A stretch of DNA of 64,000 nt, taken from Piromyces finnis finn. Taxonomy: Eukaryota > Fungi > Neocallimastigomycota. The notes under the pieces were generated by a model. That model made no database searches. It was not told where the DNA came from and was given only the letters and a program-made list of their open reading frames with translations. Numbering within the stretch: position 1 is the first letter of the stretch; each line of letters starts with the position of its first letter. Location of the stretch: NCBI GenBank assembly GCA_002104945.1, contig MCFH01000041.1, forward strand, positions 124,001 through 188,000, in the 5' to 3' direction. Shown piece after piece: positions 29,668-46,777 of the stretch. The translations under genes and the position numbers were made by a program.

Positions 29668-32600
29668 AACAACAAATATAAATATAATAATAAAATATAA
29701 AATAGATGCTATATCAACTATTATATTTTATTATAAATGATAATTGTAATTAATATATTCATATTAGTTTTTTAAAAAAATTTTTTTTTCCAATATACTT
29801 GCTTAATTTTTGTTTTTCATATATATTATACATATACATTTGCAAATAATATTACATTTTTGCATTATAAATTAATAAAGAAAAACTAATATTTAGTAAT
29901 TAAAGTTATTATTAATGAGTTTTTTTAAGTCCTTATATATCATTTTAAACTTTAAATTAACAAATTATCAGCAACATGATAAATATCCTTAATTTCAAGA
30001 TGTTGAAATTATGAAATCTTATTAAATATTAAAAACTTTATTATATATATACCAAAAAAGTATAATGGATCATTATATCGTTTTTCAAAAGATTTTTATG
30101 TTTTTTTCTTAGTAATTCGTTAATTTATAAATTAAAATATGCACTGTTATTACATACATGCATAATAGAAGTAATTACCAATTCAAAAAGCGTTTATAAT
30201 TATAATTATTAAGGTTACTGATTAAACCTATAATCGTATTTATATTAAAATAATTATTATTAGTGGAATTAGGAGAGAACCTAAACAATAATCAACAAAA
30301 TAATAACTTTAATGATAAAGTAAATATCAATGACAATTTTAATAACAATAAACAATACAATTTATATATATTATCTTTATCTATTATCTATTTATATTTT
30401 TATTTTGTATTAATAAAAATATATAAATTATATTTATTAGATTTTATAATATCAGAAAAAAAATCTAAGATTGTTTAGGTAACTTTTATATAAATTAAAA
30501 GAATTATTAATATTTTGAAATAATATTGAACAATCTATTTGTTTATATTATTATAATAAAAATATTTATAGTAATTTTTATTAATTAATAATCTAAAAAC
30601 CATTTAATATTTTGTTTATCTCATCCATATGTTTCTATAAAATAACTTTGGATAGTTGAAATAATATTTTATCACATCTCTTTTACATCTTTGTACATAT
30701 TTAATATATTTTTGTACATTATACTCATTAGATTTTCTTCTTCTTCTTATTATTATTATTATATACATAATAATAATAAATAAAGTTTTATTTGGTTGTA
30801 CAAGCTTTTTAAAATTTAAAAATTTCCTTTTTTTTAATTTATAATAGAAATTCTATTATATTTAATTTATATTTTATACCATATTAGTAAAAGTTCTTAA
30901 GAGGCACAAAAATAATTAAAAAATAAGATAAATTAAATATTTTAATATAAAAAAGTATTTAATTAAATTTAAAATAAGGATTATTTAATTTAAATTAATA
31001 ATATTTTATGCTTTACATAGTGATATTTAAAAAAAAAAAAAAAACCATCTTAAATATTATTGGTTGTATGAATTAAAAAATTTATATATAAAAATAGTAT
31101 AATTAAAAAAAAAATTACCTTTATTAAACTATATAAATAGTTATAACAACATTATTATATTTTGAAAATAATATATAATACTCTTTTTATAATAAAAGTA
31201 TAGTGTATAATAAATAGAATACAAATTAAATGATTCTGTTGGGAAGATTTATATTGATTAGTTCTTTTTTATGTAAATTAATTTACCAAACCAACCCACA
31301 ATTATTAATGATTATTGAGAAATAGGAACATTATATTATCATTAATATTGAAAATGTTAGCTATAATTTTTAATGCTTGTTCCAAATATTTTTATTTTAT
31401 TAATTATTATATATTTATTAATATAATGATATTTTTATATGTAATTTAATTTTTAAATTACGGTATTTATTGAATTTGAATTATGATTTTATACATGATT
31501 AAATTAAATAATTTTCGGGATGCCTATAAAACCTAACTTGTAAAAAAAAATAACACAAATTAAATAATAGATTATTATTAAAAAACATTTTTTTAATAAT
31601 ATATTATTTAATTTGAGTTTAATTATGAACAAACAACAACCATTCTTTATGGATTATATTAAATCAATGATTATAATTATGAAGTTGACATATATTAATT
31701 ATAATAAAACAAAAATATTGGTTGGTAAAAAATCCTGACCAACAATAATTTGATTATTACAAAATCACAAAATAAGTGACACAAATAAAAAACATGTTTT
31801 TTCCCTACAGTTATTAATACAAAACTAGAGATCCAATTATTATTTATTTTTTTTATCCTCTACTTTGAAAATTATTAGTCATAGAGAAAAAGAATTGGTG
31901 TAATATCTTATATTATTCATCCTTTTTTTTTTTTTTTTAAAAAATTCAGGTTATTTTTTTTTTGGATTTAATTTATTATATAAATATTCTAAATATGCTA
32001 AATTCCGTGATTCTGTGATTCCATAGTAAATCATTTATAATGACAATCATTTTAGTCATATGAACTTTTTAAATATTAATTATGGGAATTTATTATTATT
32101 CTTATTTTCTATTGACATTTCTTTTTTTTTTAAGTAGTAAAACATTTTATATATATGAGTGTGTATTGGGTATATATATCTTTACTTTTACTAAGAGTAT
32201 GCTAAGACATATTGACTTTTTTTAAAAAAAAAAGTTACTTTTGTATATTTTAACATAAATTTTTATAAAAAAACTATATTTTCAATTATAATATTTAATA
32301 AATTAATTGTAATATTTAATTCATTATAGTTTATTCTAAATATTATAATATATTAATACTATAATACAATATATTATATTCATAATACTATTGTAATTTT
32401 GATATAATAAAATATATAAAAGTAAATATATTTTATATTATATTATAAATTAAATTTTTATATATTTTTAATATATAGGAAATGAAGTATCAGTCATCTT
32501 ATGATAATTTTTTATATATTTTTTTAATTCAGAGAAAAATATATGTATTAGTGTAATATAATATATATTAATAATTGAATAGATGATTTATTATATTTTT

Positions 32601-34016
32601 AGTGAATAATTATAAATATATTAATTATATATTGTATTATATATATTATATTAATATTTTATTAACATATAATATTTAATATATAATATACAACCAAATA
32701 TTTTAAATATTATATTTTTATTATTTATATATATTATATATATATTATAAAAATTTTTATTATTTTGGATGTATTATGTATTATTAAATATTATTATGAT
32801 TATAAAATATTAATTATTATTTCATTATATATATACATATATATTTTTTTTAAAAAAAATATAAACCATTTTAATTTAATATATTAAAAGTATAAATGAA
32901 GAAGGTATAATATTTTTATTTTTATCTTTTTTTTTAATGAATTTAGAAAGAATAAAAAGGTTTTATGTAAAATAGTTTAAATTTTTTTTTCTTTTTTTAA
33001 AAAAATAAGGATAAATGTTAAAGAAAAGACAAAAATTATTAAATAATATAAAATATAATAAATATAAATCATTAATTAATTCATATAATATATATTTAGA
33101 AAGTTATTAAGAATATTAATAAAATAAAATAATTACGATTAAATTTTGCAATCCATAATTATAAAATTCAAAATTATAAAATAAAAAAAGACTGAAAGAA
33201 TTAAAATTCTAATTATTTTTGACACTTCCTCATTTTTACATATACATTTTAAATATTTTATTAAAGTATTATATTCAATTCAATACAATTTTTATTGAAA
33301 AGATATCTCTTTATTAGTAACACTTTAAAATCGTTTTTAAAGTTTTTTTTTTTTTTCCCGTAGTTCAAATAAATCAATACTAAGTAAAAGGGAAAAATAA
33401 TGTTTTATTTTAAAGAAATATAATTGTGATATTTTTTAAAATAATATTCTAATAAAGATATTAATATTAAATACAATTTAATAGAAATTAAATAAAAATA
33501 AAATCTAACATTATTGTTTATTAATTAAAATTAATATTTAATAATATTTTTTATCTTTTTTCTTCTTCTTTTTTTTATATTGCCTCGAAACTACAAATTT
33601 ACATAAAAAAAAAGAAACCAAAGAAACCTAAATTAAAAATAAAAAGAAAGAAAAAAAAAATAATTTAATATAACGATAAGCAACAGTAAATATTAAAGAA
33701 AGAGAAATAAATGAAATTTATTTTATAATTAACATATTTATAATGTTAATCTATGTTTGTATAAGAAAGAGAAATTAAAAGTTTTATTATTAAAAATAAT
33801 TTTTTATTACAGTATTAAAGTAATAAAAAAAATTTAATATTGTATATATATAATATATATGAATAACAAGACAAAACTATAATAATAAAAGTTTAAATTT
33901 ATTAATAAAATCAAACAACCAACCAAACAAAAAAACTATTTTATATCATAATTCAACATTTTTAAATAATTCCTAATAAATTATTAAGAAACTTTAATTT
34001 TTTAAAATAAAGAAAT

Positions 34017-35726
34017 ATGGTAAAAGTACATTTTAACGAAAAAATTGAAATTGTTGAAACTTATGATGCTGGCGATTACGATAGAACTAGTGTTCCAATT
34101 ACGGAGTTAAATGAAACGGAATTTAATGAAATGGAATGCTATCGTTTGGAAATGAAAAAGCAGACAATTGAAGAATATCAAAAACGTTGGAGAAATCGTA
34201 ATTCAACTTCATCTCTTGATAGTAATTATAGTAATAGTGAAAATGAAAATATATCCCCAGAATTAAAAAGTTGCTTAATTCGTAAAAATTCTGATGATTC
34301 TAATAAATTAAATGTTTCAATAAAAAATGCTACTGTTCCAATTCCAATGTTCTCTTCCTTAGAAGAAGAATCAACATATTTCCGTGAAGGTCAACCGCAA
34401 CCAAATATTATATTAAATACACCACATTCTTCAGATTATAATTCAGATGAGTTTCGTCAAACTAAAAATAATATTGAACTTAGTAGTAGTTTAGAAAGTA
34501 ATGATAATGAAAATAAAATTCATATATTTTCTGAATCAGAACAAGAAAATAATGAAAAAGATGAAATAATTAAGCATGAAAATTGTAAAAATAATACTAT
34601 TATTTCACCGTTATCATTTGGTAGTGCTGATGGCCCAACAAGTGATGTTGATGCTGATATTGAAGAAAGTGAGGATGATAGCAATAGCTTTATAAGAGTT
34701 TTTGAAGATTCATTTGAAGTCAAGAATAATAAGGATGATGATGAAAGCGATTATATTAAGGATATGTCATTTACTGAAGGTGAAAATTCTATTTCATTAT
34801 CGCATCATATAATATCTGATGATATTCCAACAACATCATTCCATTCTTCAAATCACTGTTTATTTACTGATTCATTATTTAATACTTCTCCTATTTTATC
34901 TGAACCAGTAATAGACACTAAAAGTGTTAATAATCTACAGGTACAAGATGTAGAAGTAGAAAGAAATGAAAAAGAGAAAAAAGATAAATTTTCAATTCAA
35001 GAGAAATTTGAAGACTTTAAAGAATCCGAGGAAAAAGAAATTATAGAAGAAGATGATGATATTGATGACGATGAAATTGATAAACATCCACATTCTGATA
35101 CTTATATTAATTATGGAGGTACTCAGCATATAAATATAAAACCTAGAAGACAAAATATATATGATGAATATAATGGAGTAAGTTCATGTCCATTTGGAAA
35201 ACCAATTTCATTTTTAGATGATTTACCGGAAACTTTCCAGACTCCATTATCTTCTTCATTACCTTCCACTAAACCTGAAACATCTAATCGTAGTTCATCA
35301 ACACCAAATCTTTTTGGTTCACCATTTTCCCCTGTATTAAAATCACCCTATGTTACTTCATCCTCATATTCTAGTCGCATCAATCATTCAAATAATTCAC
35401 CAAATTATAATAATGGAAATAATAATACTAACGATGGTCGTTATCTCGTAAGTAAACGTAATTATCTATCTATTAGTAGTAATCGTGATTCAAAACCAAA
35501 ATCATTTTCAACATCTTCACAACATCGTCTTAGCCATTTTACCACCTCAAAATGGGAAGGAATTGGTAGTCGTAGTAATAAATCTAATAATAATAATAGT
35601 AATAGTAATAATAATAATATCACAAATAATACTTCCAACTCTAATAAATATTATCCTAGACCAGCTACTAAGCTTGTGTCTAATTCACCATTTTCATCGT
35701 CTTGGATATATGATGCTAGTTTTTAA
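34017..35726 (+). CDS. Intronless, largely disordered protein with an N-terminal PP1 (Glc7)-docking module of the neurabin/Bni4 type
   Basis: Starts MVKVHFNEKIEIVETYDAGDYDR: RVxF (KVHF), then hydrophobic residues and TYxxxDYDR, resembling spinophilin KIHF...TYSNEDYDRR. The remainder is acidic and Ser/Asn-rich. Confidence 0.75.
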   Translation: MVKVHFNEKIEIVETYDAGDYDRTSVPITELNETEFNEMECYRLEMKKQTIEEYQKRWRNRNSTSSLDSNYSNSENENISPELKSCLIRKNSDDSNKLNVSIKNATVPIPMFSSLEEESTYFREGQPQPNIILNTPHSSDYNSDEFRQTKNNIELSSSLESNDNENKIHIFSESEQENNEKDEIIKHENCKNNTIISPLSFGSADGPTSDVDADIEESEDDSNSFIRVFEDSFEVKNNKDDDESDYIKDMSFTEGENSISLSHHIISDDIPTTSFHSSNHCLFTDSLFNTSPILSEPVIDTKSVNNLQVQDVEVERNEKEKKDKFSIQEKFEDFKESEEKEIIEEDDDIDDDEIDKHPHSDTYINYGGTQHINIKPRRQNIYDEYNGVSSCPFGKPISFLDDLPETFQTPLSSSLPSTKPETSNRSSSTPNLFGSPFSPVLKSPYVTSSSYSSRINHSNNSPNYNNGNNNTNDGRYLVSKRNYLSISSNRDSKPKSFSTSSQHRLSHFTTSKWEGIGSRSNKSNNNNSNSNNNNITNNTSNSNKYYPRPATKLVSNSPFSSSWIYDASF

Positions 35727-38700
35727 TTGTAATAATTTTTTTTTAAATTAATATAAAATACATTACGACAAAAAATATAAAACCAAAAACTACACACACA
35801 CATAAAGCAGCTTATCACAAAAATTAATTAAAAAAAATAATTCATTAACATTTAAAAAGTAAAATATGATGCAATACTATATTAAGTTTGCAAAAATGTG
35901 ATCTATTAATATTTATTTTTACATATATAAAAGGTAATAAATAAATTATAAAGCTTTCACTGATATTAATTTTTCACTGATATTAATTTTTTTTATTTTT
36001 AATCTTTAATGATAATATTATTTATAGAAATTGATGGAGCAAGCTAAAATTGTTATTAATTATTTTTGAAAATTGGATATATGAAATAGAAAAATTAATA
36101 TAACGCTATGAAGAAATAAAATATATTCAAACCTCATATTCTTCATGTTTTTCATCTTATTTAAATTTTAGAGTAAATAATACGGATAATAATTAAAGTA
36201 AAATTACCAACTAATTAATTCTTCCATTATAAAACTCAACTATATCATATCATATTCTAACCTTATTTTAGTTAAATACCATTCGCAATTAGAGTACATT
36301 AATAATGCTTTCTAAAACAATCACAATTAATCTTATTTATTTATCTTTTATATTGCTATTTAATTTATTTAACATATATTCTACGTAATTTTTTAATTAT
36401 TATCAGTATTTTTGAAAAAAAAAAAAAGAGTAAAAATTGTAAAATCTAAGATAATCAGATGAATCACTAGAAAAGTATATGAATGCTGTCTTTAAGATTA
36501 CTCTATGTAAATTTATATCCATTTACATCAAATAGATTACATTAAAATTAAGCATCAGAAGATTAATTTATCCATCAATTTCTTTATATGTATATGAAAA
36601 AAAAAAAAAAGAGAGAAACAAGATTGAGAACAATAAAATAATCTAGAAATAATAACATTAAATAATACATATTAACTCAACCAAATAGAAATAGATAGAT
36701 ACTTTTCATTTTAATCTTTTTAATACGCTATATATATATCTTTAAAGAAGAATTTTATTTAACACGATAAAGGAAATATATAGAATTCAAAATAAAGAAA
36801 TTTGGAAAAGGTAAAAAATTTTTTATGACTAATTATGGAAAAATTACATATAAAATACGCACAATAAAATTTTCTATTTCCAACACTAGTAATAAAAAAA
36901 CGAAATCAGATATTTATACCTTTTTCAAAACCTTATTTTATCAAGGAACAAAAAATTCTATATTTAAATATATATATATATTTATATTTTAACATCGTTT
37001 AATAATTTAACAATTTTAATCTAAAAACATAATTCTTTTCTTTATATATATTTTTTTCTCTATTAACATATTATTATTTTGATAAGTATAAATTAAAATA
37101 TAATAAGTTAAAAGAGAAAAAAAAAGTCTTTATATATTTAATTAGTATATATATTATCAATTTTATTTATAACTATATATGTACTTGTTAAATATATTTT
37201 TAATGAAATATAACAACCAAATTTTAGTAAAAACGAAAACAAAAGGAAAAAAAAAATTGTAAACATTCAAAATAATGAAAAGAGAATTATTCAACAGAAA
37301 ACAAAAGAAATTTATTGAAAAAAAATAAATTAAAGAGCAAATAAAATCAAATATTAATAAATATTATAAAGTAAATTTTTATGAAAGAAAACTTATCAAT
37401 AAATTTAAAGAATGTATAGACAGGATTCAAATAAAACAAAACTTAATAGTATAAGAAAAGAAGAAAAGTTGAGCGTTAAAAAGCAAATCAGAAATAATAT
37501 TACTAAATCTTTTTAAAGATTAGAATTTAGAAAAAGAATTTTAAAAAGAAAATATTTTATTATATAATTATCGTTTCAAAAAAAAAAAAAAAATAACGAT
37601 AATAATAAAAGAGTTTAGTTTCTCTTTAATAAAAATTTAAAAATAGAAATGAAACTCTTTTATTATACGTATTCTTAATCCCATTTAATCAATTTTTTTG
37701 TACATAGTTTGATAATTATTAGTATTTCAAAAAAAAAAAAAAAAAAAAAAAAAATCTTTTTTTTCTTTATTTTTTAAATATTCATCCTTTTTAAATTCCA
37801 GTTTAGTAATATCAATAATTTATATACAATATTAAATGCCTATATATTTTTTTTTTTTTAAGAGAAAACTGAATTACTTTTTAATTTATTTATATATTTA
37901 TTAATTATTTATTTTATGAACATACCCATTTTCTTTCTTTTTCTTTTTTCTTTCCTTTTTTTTTTTTTTAAAAAAAAAAAAAAGTAATATTGTACATTAA
38001 TACAATATTAAGAAAAAAAAAAAAAAAAGTCTTTTGTAAATATATTAAATAATTAAATTATAACTTTTCATTATATTTGAAGGTATAATTTTTTAATATA
38101 AAAAATAAAATAAAAAAAAAAAAAAAAAGATAAAATAATAAAAAGGTAAAAATGGCTAATAATGGTGATTTTGTATATTATTGCTATATTTTAAAAGTTA
38201 TAGTGGATTAACATAAAATATAATTACGAAAGTATATTTTGTTATTATTATTAATATTATTATTATTATTATTAATTTAATGTATTCAATTCTTTTCATT
38301 TATTTACTTGATTTAAATTTTAATGAATATAGAAAATAAATAACTATATAATATACTTAGTATAATCTTTTTTTTTTTTTTTTAATAATATTCTACAAAT
38401 TGTTATAAATAACAATTTGTAGAATAATAAATCATCTAATTCCTTATATATTACCATAACATAAAAATATATTAAATTTAAAAGTTTTTTACTTTTTTTT
38501 TTTAATATGGAAAGTTTAATGTTATTGGTGGTACAGAGAGAATTGGAGATGTTTTTACCTAATAAATATAAAAAATCCGACTATATATAAAAATATTTAA
38601 TTAATAAATAATTAAAGAATCTAACATGATAGAATATAAATAATATAAATAAAATAAATCATTGATACAAGAGCTTCATCATATATAATATATAATTAAT

Positions 38701-40044
38701 TAATCCTATATTCTTAATGTCTTATAATTTTTATTATATAACTCTTACTTCTGCATAATAAAAATAGTTAGAATCTCTTTGACACATAGTTATTATCATA
38801 CATAAATTATTACATTACATTGTTAACTAATTAATAATGCTTTTTTTTTTTTTAAACATTTATATATATTTTAGGCTTATATTTCTTTATTTATCCTATT
38901 ATATATATTTAATGTGATATAATAACATGATAATCATGTGTTTTTATTTTTTAATTATATAGTCCGATAAATGGTAAATATTTCTGCTATTAGATTTATT
39001 TTTTCTTTTTTTATAGTAGATGTTGTTTATTGAAGAAATCATTGATGATAAAAAAAACCTTTTTATGAGTCTTTGCTTTTTATTTTAATTTTATATTTAT
39101 AAATTTAATAATAATAAAAAAAAATTTTATATGTAGAGTGAATAATTTTTAAACTATTTATTCAAAGAAATATTTAATTTTTAATTTTATTTTTAGTTTA
39201 TTTACTTTTACCACATTTTTATTTATTATATTTTTTTTTTTTAATTTTTATAAATTTTATAGATTTAATTATGATTTAATATTTTTAAATATATTATTAA
39301 TATATTATAAACAATTAATAATTATTATATAAATTATTAAAATTAATTAATAACTAACACACTAAATAAATAAATAAATAAATAAATAAGTAAATAAGTA
39401 AATAGATAAACAATCCTTTAATAAAGTTTTTATTAACCTTAAAAGAACTCTTTTTTTTTTTTTCTTTCAATAAAAAAAAAAAAGTAAATCTCTAAATTAA
39501 CAAACAAAATAATAATAGTTGGATAAATAATAAAATATTATTATTGAAATTTATATTAAAATTTTAAAAAAACTTTATTAAAATAACATTTTATTAATTA
39601 TCTTAAACTAATTAAAAATATATCTCATTAAAGGTAGATAAATTCAATACTTAAATGAATAAAAGGATAAAAAAAAAGATTAATATTTTAAATATAATAA
39701 TAATTTCAATTATAAATACTAATTACTATATTTCTATTTACTTTTGTTTATTTTATGTTTTAAATTTACGTAATATCTCTATTTTATAAATAATAACAAA
39801 CATACATATTTTTTTTGAAAACCAATTAAATTGCATTTACATCAAAACAAAAAAATAAACAATTATCTTTTTAAATTAATATTTTAATAAAAAATCTCAT
39901 TTACATTTTTGAAAATCTATTCAATTAATATGTCTTTGAATACATATATTTTCAATTTATTTAATACAACTCATTTGAAAATTGAAATAAAAATTAATAT
40001 TTATTATTATTTTTATTTGTAAATATTAAAAAAAAAAAAAAAGA

Positions 40045-43264
<3,220 letters not shown>

Positions 43265-43286
43265 AATGAATAATATTTTTTTTTTA

Positions 43287-43317
<31 letters not shown>

Positions 43318-43550
43318 ATAATAATAATAATTTAAATCTTAATTTTAGAAACTCAGGTTCATCCTACTAATTTAAAATGTTTTAATAAAAATTTATTAAT
43401 ATTTTTAATTTTTCAATAAATAAACTAAAAACAACAAAATGAAACAAAACAAAACAATCAAATCAAATTAAAAACAGAAAAAAAAAAAAAAAAAATCAAA
43501 TAATTAAAAACAATAACATAATAGTTATATATATAAACCATGTTTATTAA

Positions 43551-43622
43551 AATAAATAAACAAACAAATAAATAAATAAAAATAAAAATAAAAATAAAAA
43601 TATAAATATAAATATAAATATA

Positions 43623-43680
<58 letters not shown>
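43551..43680 (+). repeat. Stepped compound microsatellite (AAAT/AAAC, AAAAAT, AAATAT, AAT)
   Basis: Visible downstream of CNA1 in the convergent gap. Confidence 0.85.
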
Positions 43681-44005
43681 CAAAATTTTAAGTAATTAGT
43701 TTTTTATTTTTTGTAATATTATTAAAAATTTAAATTCTTCATAGTTTAAAAAAAAATAATATTAATTATATATGTAATAAATATTTTATCAAATTTTATT
43801 TTATTTTATTTTATTTGTAACTATTATTTATTTATATTTATTTTTATTTTTTTTTTTTTTTTTTTTTTTTTTTACTCTGTTTTTATAATGTTAAAATGAT
43901 AAAAAGAAATGTTCATAGACATTAATAATTTATATATTATTATTAATCATAATAATTTTTCAATTATACATATATTAATATATATATAGTATATAATATT
44001 TGCAA

Positions 44006-44492
44006 TTAGTTAAGTAGTTTTTGACATAAACATTTAATACGTTCGATAATGTATTCTTGCTTATTTATTAAAGCTTCATCGTTTGATTTATAATAAATTT
44101 CAACCAATTTAATTAAGTCATTTTCTAATTCCTTTTTCTCAATATCAGATTTTTGTATAACTAAAACCTTATCAAAATCTATTTTTTTTTTTATATTATT
44201 TTAATTAAAAAAATTAATATGATAAAAATAATTATTAACTTTTTTTTAAATATATTATTATTACGTGTAATAATAATATATTATTTAATTTATGTTTTAA
44301 TTATTAATTATATCTATAAAAAAAAATATACCTGTATTGTTTTCATAATGTTCTTTAAGAATAAAAGTCTTGAATTCTTCATATATAAAATCTAAATTTT
44401 TATAAAAATTTAATGCTATTCCATGGAAACATTCTTTTTTCAAACTCTAATTATTTTAATATGATATAATATTTTATAATAAACATTAATTA

Positions 44493-44532
<40 letters not shown>

Positions 44533-46777
44533 TTGTTTATTATTCTATATAAAATTATGAATATTATTAATATTTACCTTTAAATCTCTTACACATTGAG
44601 ACTTTAGACTTTGATTAACTTCTATAGCACAAATTGCTTTATTACTTAAATATCTTAAATATATTTCTTTACCATCTTTTAATATATCGGATTGTTTAAC
44701 AAATAGTTTTTTTTGGAAATCAAGAACATCATTAACAAAGAACTATTTTATATATTTTAAAAAATTCATGTTAAAATTAAATATTTTAATAATTTAGAAG
44801 AAAAATAAATGTTATTTTTTTTCAATTCTCAATCTAATATTGATAAAAAAAAAAGGATTTTTCATTTCTTTTTTTTTTTTTTTAATAGGCACTAATATAT
44901 AATAATAAATTACCAAAATTTCTATTTGACATTCTTTGATAAGTTCTTTACAAAATTCAATTAATGGTCTTTTGGAACGAAGTAAATATGGTAAACCATG
45001 TTCATATATATCTTTAATTGTTAAATCAACATATTTTAATTCAACATCATAATGTTTGGATAAATTATTAGAAACAAATAATGGATCATATAAATGATTA
45101 AAGCTAACCGATAAACGTTGTTGAGGGCTGTATCTGTCAACTAATTTATTTAAAAAGACTTGGTTATCAAATAAACCTATTTTATTGATTGAATCACCAT
45201 TACTATTATATAATTTATTTCTTTGGGGGTTTTGTTTATTATAAGAATTTAAATAATCAAAACTTCTTGTAACTTTTCTTTTTGCTTGACTATTAAGAAT
45301 CTTTGAATTCAAACTTTCCTCTGATATTAAAAGGTCATTAATACTAATATCAGCATCTAAAGACGAATTACTATTATTTGTATGATTACTTTTTAAACTA
45401 TATACTAAACTAGAATTTAAATTCTTTAATTTTTCTGCATATAATTCATTAACATACTTAACATCTTTTTCTCTTTTTTTATTTTCCTCTTTTGTTATTG
45501 TAGTAATTCTTGTAGCATTGTCAATATTAATTGTTATTTCATTTTTAGGAACTGTTTCATTTGTTTCACCACTTGAATCATGAATATTAATATTATTGAT
45601 AATACTACTACTACTTTTGTTTAAATAAGTTGGTAAACTATTTTCTCCTTTTAAAGAGTTAATATCAATTACAACATCAGGGTTATTAGAAAGATAATCA
45701 ATACTATTTGATGAATTATTATTGTCTAATCTGTTTTCTGAATAATATTTATCAATTTTTTGACTTTGACGATATATGGTATCTGAACTTGTTAAACTAT
45801 TGAAAAGATCTGTTTCATCACTATTATAAAAAGATTTTTAGATTGTTTGAATTGTTAATTTTTTTAGACCAGTTGTTTTAAAATTTAAAAGGTTTATATA
45901 TTATATAGATATGAAGATGTATATTTATTATAATTTATTTATATTATATAATATATGATATATAAATGTTTTGATTTTAAATTTTTAAATTTTATACCTG
46001 TTAAAATCATCATATTTAATAGTATCATTACTTTCTTTAATTTTATTGTTTCTTTCATCCAATTTCGATTTAAGTTCATTTATGGTATCATTGATAGCAA
46101 TGTTAATTTTATCGTCACTACTTTTTTTTTTAAAACTATTTTTTTTCATTATTTTATTTTTATTTTTAATGTCTTCAATACTGTCAGATATTGTATTTAT
46201 ACTTGTACTATATGATGCTGCTAATGTGCTACTACTTCCTCTTGAAATTGTAGATGCACCCTTTTATAATTATAAATAATGAAGTTAAATAATATTTTGT
46301 TTTAATGTATAATTAATAAATATAAAAATAATTATTATATGTATTTATTAATAGCAATTTCAGTTTTTTTTTAAAAAAAAAAGGTTTGGTAACAATTTTT
46401 TTTTTAATTTTAATTAATGAATGATATAATATATTTTAATTTTATTACAAATATATATTCCAATTTTAGGCATGATCCATGTCCTGTGGTTATAGCACAA
46501 TCTTCAATTCCATAAAACGATATTAACTATTTTATTATCGGTTTATTTATTAAAATTATGTAAAATATAAATCAATATGAGAGTCTATGAATTATATTCA
46601 TCTTGTATCTTTTATTTTATATATTTCCAATAAATATATATGTTATACTTTTTGTTTTGAAAATTCATTGCTTGCTATATAAAATTCGTTTTTTATATTG
46701 TCAAATTCATTATTTTTATTATATTTTGTATTACCGCCCCTTGGCTTAATACGGAAAACCGTCTTAATTATATCCAT
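44006..46777 (-). CDS. RGS-like domain protein with disordered N-terminus (5' exons uncertain)
   Basis: Spliced C-terminal part reads HGLPYLLRSKRPLIEFCKELIKECQIEIL/FFVNDVLDFQKK...GKEIYLRYLSNKAICAIEVNQSLKSQCVRDLK/SLKKECFHGIALNFYKNLDFIYEEFK, which fits the RGS fold pattern. Stop at 44006-44008. Exons from about 46260 down are clear; the ATG at 46777 (MDIIKTVFRIKPRGG) is tentative. Confidence 0.72.

Noticed and set aside
31720-31755. IIVGQDFL resembling the retropepsin ILGxDFL motif
   Set aside because: No upstream D[ST]G catalytic motif and no other retroelement domains; too short to call.
33350-33396. tcccgtagttcaa resembling a tRNA 5' half, within a ttttccc...gggaaaa hairpin
   Set aside because: No D-loop GG, anticodon arm, TTCGA B-box or acceptor-stem partner.
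38506-38590. ACAGAGA box suggesting U6 snRNA; short ORF MESLMLLVV
   Set aside because: Flanks do not match U6 (no AGATTAGCATGG or internal stem-loop); the 27-codon ORF has no support.
45821-45997. Coding-like stretch (NLLNFKTTGLKKLTIQTI*) in frame with the next RGS exon, suggesting readthrough
   Set aside because: No AG acceptor exists upstream of the stop; the single AG at 45822-45821 gives a clean phase-2 splice.
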